Source: a candidate division WOR-3 bacterium (GTDB lineage: Bacteria > Hydrothermota > UBA3073 > JACQXS01). Taken from it: DNA of 38,015 bases. Location of the stretch: contig JAGMCN010000034.1 of the NCBI GenBank assembly GCA_023129235.1, positions 1 through 38,015 on the forward strand. Direction: 5' to 3'. Below the pieces are notes generated by a model. That model was not told the origin of the DNA and searched no databases. It saw only the letters and a program-made list of their open reading frames with translations. The position numbers and the translations under genes were made by a program. This document shows, piece by piece, positions 27,548 through 35,986 of this stretch (the stretch's first letter is position 1; every line of letters begins with the position of its first letter).

Positions 27548-28799
27548 TAGAATAGAGAAAAATTTAACAATTGAAGCAGTTGTTCGCTCAGAATTATGCT
27601 TGGGATGTGGAACATGTGTAGCTCTTTGTCCTAATAATGCTATTGTTTTGCGTATTCGTACCAAGAAAAAAGTTTACATGGCTGAAATTGTTGGAAGCTG
27701 TGAGGAGTGTGGACTTTGCTATCGTGTGTGTCCGGGGAAGGGTGTTCCCTTGCTAAGAATGGGGGGAAAATTATTCTCTACTTCAATGCAATCTTCTGTT
27801 GGACGATATATTGCTTGTTACTCAGGTTATGCCGTGGATCAGAATGAAAGATTCCATAGTTCTTCCGGAGGATTTGTAACTGCGATTCTCAAAGAGCTTC
27901 TCCAAAAGAAAGAGATTGATGGGGCTATTGTAACAAGATTTAATCCTGAAAGATTAGAGGCTTATGCAGTTATTGCTAAAAGCGAAGAGGAAATTGGGAA
28001 ATGTAGGGGCTCTAAATACTGTCCTGTACCAGTAAATATTATTTTGCGTAGAGTGCTTGCAGAGAGAAATAAGAATAAATATGTTTTTGTTGGACTTCCA
28101 TGTCATATTCAAGGGCTTCGATTAGCTCAGGATGTCATGCCTATTTTAAGGAAAAAAATTATACTTGCACTTGGACTCTTCTGTGGAGGCATGTTAGGAT
28201 TAGAAGCTACCCGACAGGTGCTGAGACATAGACATATAACTCCTAAACAAGTATCGAAATTATCCTTTCGTGGAAGTGGATGGCCGGGAGCGATGAAGAT
28301 TGAAACAGTGGACACAAGAACTTATTCACTCTCATATCCAGAATATTTCAAAGGGCTTGGATACTTAGAGCCGAATCGATGTCGGCTATGCATTGACCCT
28401 CTTGCAGAGTTAGCAGATATTGGTTTTGGAGATGCCTGGCTTCCACGTTATGCAAATGATTCTGATGGATATTCTATCGTAATTATCAGAGGATTGGAAG
28501 GGGAGAGTATATTTCAACAGACAATTAAGTCAATGAGAATTATAGCAGAGCAAATTTCTATGGAGGATGTTTTGAAATCTCAAAATGGAAATATAGTTAT
28601 TAAAAGAGCAACTATGGGAGTGCGTCGGGTTCGGTATGCGATATTATTCAAGAAGCTCCCAACATATGATCTGAAATTCCACCTGAGCCTAAAGGCAGTT
28701 TATAAAGATCTAAGAATGTATTTAGGGCAACTCATAAAGATGTGGAGTAACGAATTGAGAAGTTACTTTAATGATAGGGTGTCAAAAAAGGGGAAATAA
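27531..28799 (+). CDS. Coenzyme F420 hydrogenase/dehydrogenase beta-subunit (FrhB)-like Fe-S flavoprotein
   Basis: Two CxxCxxCxxxCP motifs; SSGGFVT, GSKY, VGLPCHI, LGLFC, FRGSGWPG, RCRLCID and ADIGFGDAW. Confidence 0.88.
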   Translation: MRGLSDRIEKNLTIEAVVRSELCLGCGTCVALCPNNAIVLRIRTKKKVYMAEIVGSCEECGLCYRVCPGKGVPLLRMGGKLFSTSMQSSVGRYIACYSGYAVDQNERFHSSSGGFVTAILKELLQKKEIDGAIVTRFNPERLEAYAVIAKSEEEIGKCRGSKYCPVPVNIILRRVLAERNKNKYVFVGLPCHIQGLRLAQDVMPILRKKIILALGLFCGGMLGLEATRQVLRHRHITPKQVSKLSFRGSGWPGAMKIETVDTRTYSLSYPEYFKGLGYLEPNRCRLCIDPLAELADIGFGDAWLPRYANDSDGYSIVIIRGLEGESIFQQTIKSMRIIAEQISMEDVLKSQNGNIVIKRATMGVRRVRYAILFKKLPTYDLKFHLSLKAVYKDLRMYLGQLIKMWSNELRSYFNDRVSKKGK

Positions 28800-28804
28800 A
28801 TAAT

Positions 28805-29902
28805 ATGAACTTAATGTCCGAGAAGCTTACTCAAGCTATCAAAAATCCTAAAAGAGTATTTTATAGATTTAAAGAGAAATTGACTAAGAAAACATGTGAG
28901 GAGTCTTTAATAGATGAATCAATTAGATATTTTCCTTCAAAAGAAGAAGGAATTAAAATTTTCTTTGTGGAATCAAAATATGATTATGGAGATAAAAATA
29001 GAGGATTAAGTTTTGAAGAAAACAATTTCCTGCATACATTGGTCCACTCGTGCTATGAAACTATTGTTTTCGACCCTATTCTTACGATGAAAAAATATGG
29101 AAAAAAAACGATGAATCGCATACTTATAGAGAGCGTCTATCGTTGGAACCCAGATATTGTATTCTTTGTATTGTTTAAAGATGAGATTGAGTTGGATACT
29201 CTGATAGAAATTAGAGATAGTATGGGAATAAAAACCTTAAATTGGTTTTGTGATGACCACTGGAGATTTGATAATTTCTCAAAAATCTATGCTTCCTTTC
29301 TCAGTTATGTAATAACTACTTATAAACCAACAGTAGAGAAATATAAATTAATCGGGGTGAAAAATGTGATATTGTCCCAATGGGCGTGTAATCATTACTT
29401 GTATAAAAGATTGAAGCTTCCTTATCTATACGATGTGAGTTTTGTAGGGCAACCTCACGGGGATAGATATAAAATAATAAGAAGGATTAGAAAAGCAGGA
29501 ATAAAAGTTGAAACTTTTGGGTATGGGTGGCCGAATGGAAGAGTTACAACTTACGAGATGATAAAAATATTCAACCAGACAAAGATAAATCTAAATTTAA
29601 GTAATGCATCGAGAGGAAAAATAAATCAGATAAAGGGAAGAGATTTTGAGATACCAGGATGCGGAGGACTTATGATTACCGGATATAATGAAAATTTGAA
29701 AGATTATTACCGGATAGGAAAAGAAATGGTATGTTATAACACTGTAGATGATTTAATCGAACTATTAAGACATTATCTCAAAAATGATGAAGAGAGAGAA
29801 ACTATAAGAGAAGCAGGTTATAAAAGGGTGTCGGCAGAACATACATACGAGGAAAGATTTCAGAAGATATTTAAAAAGACATTGGAAGATAGAAACTTGT
29901 GA
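28805..29902 (+). CDS. CgeB-like glycosyltransferase (Glyco_trans_1_2)
   Basis: WFCDDHWRF, YDVSFVG, KINLN, KGRDFEIPGCGG and EHTYEERF motifs. Confidence 0.85.
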   Translation: MNLMSEKLTQAIKNPKRVFYRFKEKLTKKTCEESLIDESIRYFPSKEEGIKIFFVESKYDYGDKNRGLSFEENNFLHTLVHSCYETIVFDPILTMKKYGKKTMNRILIESVYRWNPDIVFFVLFKDEIELDTLIEIRDSMGIKTLNWFCDDHWRFDNFSKIYASFLSYVITTYKPTVEKYKLIGVKNVILSQWACNHYLYKRLKLPYLYDVSFVGQPHGDRYKIIRRIRKAGIKVETFGYGWPNGRVTTYEMIKIFNQTKINLNLSNASRGKINQIKGRDFEIPGCGGLMITGYNENLKDYYRIGKEMVCYNTVDDLIELLRHYLKNDEERETIREAGYKRVSAEHTYEERFQKIFKKTLEDRNL

Positions 29903-31035
29903 AAATTCTTATCACGGTTGAATTTTACTACCCTAAAATTGGAGGAGTGGAGTTATGGACTCAAACTATTGCTGAATACTTTGCATCAAGGAGACATAAA
30001 GTTTATATTGCAACAACTTATTTGGAGAATAGGAAAACAAGAAACTTAAATCGTGTAAATATTTTAGGATTTAATATTAAGGGTAATAAAGTCAAAGGGA
30101 TAAAAGAATTAACAAAAGGTGATATAAAAAGATATAAAAAATTACTTTTGGAAGGAGGATTTGATATTATTCTCCAGCACGCGGCTCAAACATGGCATAC
30201 GGATTTAATGTTTGACATCATTGACAAAGTAAGAGCTAAAAAGATTTTAATTCCATGTGGCTACTCGGGATTATCTACACCATTGCGAAAATTAATATAC
30301 TATAAGTATTTTAAAAAACTACCAAAATACTTACGCAAATACGATCTTTTAATCTATCACTGTGAGGGATATAGAGACTATAAGTTTGGGGAAAGACATG
30401 GTTTAAACAAATATAAGTTAATCCCGATTGGCATTAACTTAAAAGAATTTCAAGAGGTATATAAAAGCGATAAAATAAAATTTAGAGAAAAGTATAAAGT
30501 TAGTAGTAAATATATAATTCTCAATGTATCAAACCATTATAAGCTTAAAGGTCACTATTTCGCGATAAAAACTTTGGAAAAGTTATTAAGAGAAGGGATG
30601 GATGTTTCTCTATTAATTATAGGAAACCCGGCTATTGGCACAAAGCAAAATTGCTATCATGCTTGTCTTAAATATTCGCAAATCAATGAGAAATTTAAGG
30701 TACTTACTGATATGCCGAGGAAAGATGTAATTAAAGCTTATACGGAAAGCGATGTGTTTTTACTCAGTTCTAAAATTGAATACTTCCCTGTAGTGATATT
30801 GGAATCAATGGCGGGAAGTCTACCTTATGTATCTACGAATATCGGCTGCGTGAGAAATATGGGTAAAGGAATAATTGTCCACGATCCAAGAGGAGCCACT
30901 GAAGCAATTAGACAAGTACTTTCTGACAAGAAGTTAAGGGATAGTATAGTAAAACATAACAAAGGTAAAATAGAACACGAGTATGAAATTAACGATGTTT
31001 TAAAGCTTTACGAGAAAGCCCTTATAGAAGCTTGA
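29899..31035 (+). CDS. Glycosyltransferase family 4
   Basis: GTG start; YYPKIGGVE, KLKGH and SDVFLLSSKIEYFPVVILESMAGSLPYVST motifs. Confidence 0.88.
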   Translation: MKILITVEFYYPKIGGVELWTQTIAEYFASRRHKVYIATTYLENRKTRNLNRVNILGFNIKGNKVKGIKELTKGDIKRYKKLLLEGGFDIILQHAAQTWHTDLMFDIIDKVRAKKILIPCGYSGLSTPLRKLIYYKYFKKLPKYLRKYDLLIYHCEGYRDYKFGERHGLNKYKLIPIGINLKEFQEVYKSDKIKFREKYKVSSKYIILNVSNHYKLKGHYFAIKTLEKLLREGMDVSLLIIGNPAIGTKQNCYHACLKYSQINEKFKVLTDMPRKDVIKAYTESDVFLLSSKIEYFPVVILESMAGSLPYVSTNIGCVRNMGKGIIVHDPRGATEAIRQVLSDKKLRDSIVKHNKGKIEHEYEINDVLKLYEKALIEA

Positions 31036-31061
31036 TTTCATCAGTTTTTTTAATCATTAGT

Positions 31062-32105
31062 ATGTTTTCAGTATTAATGTCTGTGTATCATATTGAAAAG
31101 CCAAATTATTTGGATCTTGCGTTCAAATCTCTTTACGAGCAAACATTTAAAGACTTTCAAATTGTGCTTGTATGTGATGGACCTTTAACAAAAGGAGTAA
31201 ATGCTCAAATAGAAAAGTGGAAATCTGTATTTAAAGAAAAGTTATTAGTTGTAAGGTTAAAAGAAAATAAAGGATTAGGAATTGCCTTGCAGGAAGGACT
31301 TAAACATTGCAAGTATGATATAGTTGCCAGAATGGATACAGACGATTATTGCGACCCTACCCGTTTAGAAAAGCAATATAACTTTTTAAAAAGTCATTTA
31401 TCTATTGAGGTAGTGAGTTGTGCATTAAAAGAATTTGTAGAAACACCCGATAATGTAATTTCTGTAAAACCAGTATATGAGACACATAAAGAGATTGAGA
31501 AAAAGTTTTGGTTTAGAAATCCTATAAATCATCCTGCTGCAATGTTCAGAAAGAAAACAGTTCTAAAAGTAGGCGGATATAAAGATTTGCTGTTTCTGGA
31601 AGACTATTATTTATGGAGCAGAATGTGGGTAAATAAATCAAAATTTTGGAATCTTACCGAACCACTTTATTACCAACGTATTGATAAAAATTTCTATAAA
31701 CGACGAGCTGGGATTACGCAATTGAAAAATGAAATTTTTATAAGGCAGTATTTATATAAAAACCATAAAATAGGTCTTCCCAAATTTCTTGCATCAATAG
31801 TTATTCAAGTATTCTTGAGGTCAACACTTCCTGGAATCCGCCGTTTCTTCTGGTCTAAAATCAGAAAAAAGTATAAAGGATACAAAAACATTAACAAACG
31901 CAATGATGAAAATGATAGAATTGAGCGAGGAAAAAAGAAAACAAGTGAAGAAAAGGGGAAGAAAGTCTTAAAAGAATTTGATGAAAAGATTATTATTAAA
32001 AAGTACTTGGAAGTTCTGCCAGAGATTAGTGAATTAGATAATAGGGGAAAGATGAAACCACAGATTTCACAAAATTACATTGATTCAAAAGCACAGGAGT
32101 TGTAA
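31062..32105 (+). CDS. Glycosyltransferase family 2 (AmsE-like) with aberrant C-terminal extension
   Basis: FSVLMSVY, VCDGPL, NKGLGIAL, ARMDTDD, NHPAAMFRK and EDYYLW motifs; the last ~75 aa derive from a relic of another gene plus a repeat. Confidence 0.85.
   Translation: MFSVLMSVYHIEKPNYLDLAFKSLYEQTFKDFQIVLVCDGPLTKGVNAQIEKWKSVFKEKLLVVRLKENKGLGIALQEGLKHCKYDIVARMDTDDYCDPTRLEKQYNFLKSHLSIEVVSCALKEFVETPDNVISVKPVYETHKEIEKKFWFRNPINHPAAMFRKKTVLKVGGYKDLLFLEDYYLWSRMWVNKSKFWNLTEPLYYQRIDKNFYKRRAGITQLKNEIFIRQYLYKNHKIGLPKFLASIVIQVFLRSTLPGIRRFFWSKIRKKYKGYKNINKRNDENDRIERGKKKTSEEKGKKVLKEFDEKIIIKKYLEVLPEISELDNRGKMKPQISQNYIDSKAQEL
31873..32030 (+). pseudogene. 3' relic of a deleted GT4 glycosyltransferase
   Basis: An alternative frame reads IKDTKTLTNAMMKMIELSEEKRKQVKKRGRK, then shifts to KVLKEFDEKIIIKKYLEV, a typical GT4 C-terminal helix pair. 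Confidence 0.65.
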
Positions 32106-32293
32106 TGTTAGAAAAGACGAAAATATCAAAGACAAATATTGAATGTTATAATGCGTGGAGAGTGAATGGATTAAGCGTAAGTCCATTTGTATTTGTGATT
32201 AAAAAATTATCGAAGATTTTGCAATTTCCTTTTTTCAACCGCTTACAGAGTCTGTCGCAGACTCAACGAGCGACAGATGAATCCGTCAGTTGA
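32105..32293 (+). pseudogene. Probable 3' relic of a WcaE-like GT2 glycosyltransferase
   Basis: KTNIECYNAWRVNGL..FVIKKLSKILQF resembles C-termini of WcaE-like GT2 proteins (from recall, not searched); the rest of the ORF runs through repeats. Confidence 0.45.
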
Positions 32294-32374
32294 CGGAATA
32301 GACACAGATGCAATCTAAATGAGAAACAATCTCAAGTAATGTATAAAGCTACAGACTCGCATGAAATAAAAATG

Positions 32375-32401
32375 TTGACTTTCATATTTTTAATATATGA
32401 T
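32375..32401 (+). promoter_or_regulatory. Candidate internal promoter for gmd-fcl
   Basis: TTGACT (32375-80), 15 nt spacer, TATGAT (32396-401), 8 nt before the ATG; no SD sequence. Confidence 0.35.
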
Positions 32402-32409
32402 TAAACAAG

Positions 32410-33456
32410 ATGAGAAAGAAAGCTCTAATCACGGGAATAACAGGTCAGGATGGTTCTTATTTAGCAGAGTTCTTACTTTCAAAGGGATATAAGGTTCACG
32501 GAATTATAAGAAGAACAAGCACTTTCAATACATCCCGTATAGACCATATTTATCAGGACCCTCATGCCCCTGGGACGAAATTGTTCTTGCATTACGGTGA
32601 CCTTATGGATAGTGAACAGATAAATGACATAATTTACAATATAAAACCCGACGAAGTTTATCACTTAGGTGCCCAAAGTCATGTAAGAGCGAGTTTTGAT
32701 ATGCCTGAATACACTGCTAATGTCACGGCTCTTGGAACAACCCGAATTTTAGAAGCAATAAGAAGAAGCGGAAATAAAATAAAGTTCTATCAAGCGTCAA
32801 GTAGTGAGATGTTTGGCGCGTCTAAACCGCCTCAAAATGAAGAATCGCCTTTTAAACCACGCAGTCCCTATGCCTGCAGTAAGATCTATGCTTATTGGAT
32901 GGTAGTAAATTATCGTCAGGGTTACGGTCTTTTTACCTCTAATGGTATCTTATTTAACCATGAAAGTCCTCGTCGGGGAGAAACTTTTGTAACTCGCAAA
33001 ATCACACGTGCCATCGCTTCGCTTCTCGCCAAAAAACAAGATTGTCTTTATCTGGGCAATCTTGAAGCCAAGCGAGATTGGGGATTCGCACCTGAGTATG
33101 CAGAGTTTATGTATAAGATGCTCCAGAATAGTAAGCCGGACGATTTTGTCATAGGTACGGGTGAAACCCATTCTATAAAGGAATTTGTGGAAGAAGCTTT
33201 CTCTTATATTGGCTTGGATTGGAGAAAATATGTAAAGATTGATCCCCGATATCTCAGGCCCACAGAAGTGGAAGAATTAGTGGCTGATTCAAGAAAGGCA
33301 AAGAAAATTTTAGGATGGGAGCCTAATATACGATTTAAAGAATTGGTGAAGATAATGGTGGATACAGATATGCGAAAAATGGGATTAACTCCAATAGGGG
33401 AAGGAGATAAAATCTTGAAAGAAAAGTTTCCACAGAGATGGTGGAAGGTAGATTAG
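32410..33456 (+). CDS. gmd: GDP-mannose 4,6-dehydratase
   Basis: [52 protein letters not shown] and RDWG motifs. Confidence 0.97.
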   Translation: MRKKALITGITGQDGSYLAEFLLSKGYKVHGIIRRTSTFNTSRIDHIYQDPHAPGTKLFLHYGDLMDSEQINDIIYNIKPDEVYHLGAQSHVRASFDMPEYTANVTALGTTRILEAIRRSGNKIKFYQASSSEMFGASKPPQNEESPFKPRSPYACSKIYAYWMVVNYRQGYGLFTSNGILFNHESPRRGETFVTRKITRAIASLLAKKQDCLYLGNLEAKRDWGFAPEYAEFMYKMLQNSKPDDFVIGTGETHSIKEFVEEAFSYIGLDWRKYVKIDPRYLRPTEVEELVADSRKAKKILGWEPNIRFKELVKIMVDTDMRKMGLTPIGEGDKILKEKFPQRWWKVD

Positions 33457-33468
33457 TATAGTTTATAA

Positions 33469-34431
<963 letters not shown>

Positions 34432-34460
34432 AATTAAAACTTATAAGCCACGAAAACACT

Positions 34461-34490
34461 GGTAGGGACGTTCAATTGAACGCCCCTACC
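34461..34490. repeat. GTAG-type REP-like palindrome
   Basis: GGTAGGGACGTTCAATTGAACGCCCCTACC; arms identical to the copy at 4767-4794. Confidence 0.85.
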
Positions 34491-34686
34491 ATAATATAAT
34501 TTCTTTTGTGTACCTTAGTGTTTTGGGAATTTTGTTGCAGACTCCGTGAGTGGCATTTTGTAAAAATTGCATTGGTTTTGCAAAAACTGCATACATAGAT
34601 AGACACAACTTGTTTTCAGTGGGTTTCTTAACCTGCCAGACAGACCTCCCTATAAAAGATAGGGGACTCCCCATGAAAGATAAATC

Positions 34687-34753
34687 TTGCCGCAAAGACA
34701 CAGAAGTTGCAAAGTTTTATTTTTCCTCTGCGTTCTTCGCGTCTCTGCGGCGA
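34687..34753. repeat. Periodic imperfect inverted repeat (GCAAAG/CTCTGC units)
   Basis: TTGCCGCAAAGACACAGAAGTTGCAAAG ... CTCTGCGTTCTTCGCGTCTCTGCGGCGA. Confidence 0.7.
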
Positions 34754-34811
34754 AAATCTTTTTTCTTGACTTTGATATAACTTTTGCTATTAAATTAAAA
34801 GTGAAGGGCAG

Positions 34812-34834
34812 GTTCGCAGAATCCGTTGGACAAG
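34812..34834. repeat. ~23-bp hairpin repeat, copy 2 of 4
   Basis: GTTCGCAGAATCCGTTGGACAAG, 21/23 identical to 92-114. Confidence 0.75.
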
Positions 34835-34880
34835 TATTTTGAACAAAAGTAGAAATAATAGTTTCAAAGGATAGGTAAGG

Positions 34881-35930
34881 ATGGGATATATCTGGAAAAT
34901 ATTGCTTTCTTTTATCATAAGCTGTGCCATCCAGTATATAGTAGTTTGCCTTGCTCGCAAATTCAACTTTTTTATAGATAGGGTAGATGACAAGCCCCAG
35001 AGGTTTCATAAAGACCCTATCCCAAGAGCCGGTGGGATAGGCATTCTTGTAGGCAGTTTTATTCTGCTAACATCCTGTCCACATTCTGCGAATAAAATAG
35101 GTATAGGTATTCTTTTGATTCTATCAAGCTTGCCTTCCTTCTTGATTGGGAAGGTGGAAGATTTAAGAAATAATTTATCAGTTAAAATAAGGTTTCCTCT
35201 CTTAATCATTTCTCCTATTCTGGGAATGTTCCTTCTTGGAAATATAGTAAAGGATACAGGGATATTTACTCTCCCAATGATAATTGCAATTCCATTTACA
35301 TTATTTGCGGTTATAGGGATGACCAATGCTATAAATATCATAGATGGATTTAATGGACTTGCTTCGGGAATATCTTTAATTGCTTTTGGCTTTTTGGGGT
35401 TAGCGGCTTACATTGTTGGCGATATTGAACTTCTAAGGATAATAGGAATCTTGTCTGCTTCTTTGCTTGGCTTTTTTGTGTGGAATTTTCCAAGAGGAAG
35501 AGTATTTCTCGGAGATGGAGGAGCGTATTTTCTCGGCTTTATGCTTGCAAGCATTTCTATATTACTTGTAAATAGGAATCCACAAATATCACCATGGTTT
35601 ATTCTTGTGATTTTAGCATACCCGGTGTGGGAGGTCATATTTTCTGCGTATAGGAAAAAGATGGTAAGGAAGAAAAGCCCACTGGTATCAGATAGAGTTC
35701 ATCTACATATGTTGATATATCAACGCATTACCAAAACACACTGGAAGACATCCGTATATTTATGGATGCCCAGCGTGTTTATTGGTAGTTTAGGAATAGC
35801 ATTTTCCCGTTCAGCATTGATTTTAAGCATACTCTTGTTAATCTACATACTTTTTTATAATCTCTTCTATAATAGAATAGTAAGGTTTAAAGTGAAAAAA
35901 TTAAGAAAAATACAAAAGGTTAAGAAATAA
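34881..35930 (+). CDS. wecA: Undecaprenyl-phosphate alpha-N-acetylglucosaminyl 1-phosphate transferase (WecA/MraY family)
   Basis: PQRFHKDPIPRAGGIGI, NAINIIDGFNGLA, WNFP..VFLGDGGAY and DRVHLHMLIY motifs; many TM helices. Confidence 0.88.
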   Translation: MGYIWKILLSFIISCAIQYIVVCLARKFNFFIDRVDDKPQRFHKDPIPRAGGIGILVGSFILLTSCPHSANKIGIGILLILSSLPSFLIGKVEDLRNNLSVKIRFPLLIISPILGMFLLGNIVKDTGIFTLPMIIAIPFTLFAVIGMTNAINIIDGFNGLASGISLIAFGFLGLAAYIVGDIELLRIIGILSASLLGFFVWNFPRGRVFLGDGGAYFLGFMLASISILLVNRNPQISPWFILVILAYPVWEVIFSAYRKKMVRKKSPLVSDRVHLHMLIYQRITKTHWKTSVYLWMPSVFIGSLGIAFSRSALILSILLLIYILFYNLFYNRIVRFKVKKLRKIQKVKK

Positions 35931-35986
35931 AAGATGCCGAATCTCTGAAAAAAGCAGAGAGAAAACTCATAACTCTCAGCTATAAT

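Noticed and set aside
27531-28799. True F420-reducing hydrogenase or archaeal origin of the window
   Set aside because: No FrhA/FrhG or maturation genes; the context is a bacterial polysaccharide locus, and PBP2 is present.
34556-34682. CRISPR array
   Set aside because: Each direct repeat has only two copies separated by 3-5 nt, with no spacer-sized intervals and no cas genes.
34486-35009. Small ORFs in the fcl-wecA gap
   Set aside because: They run through the repeat mosaic or antisense to wecA and show no protein-family features.
35931-35986. SAM or cobalamin riboswitch upstream of metE
   Set aside because: Only 56 nt, with a small TCTCTG/CAGAGA hairpin; too short and lacking conserved motifs.
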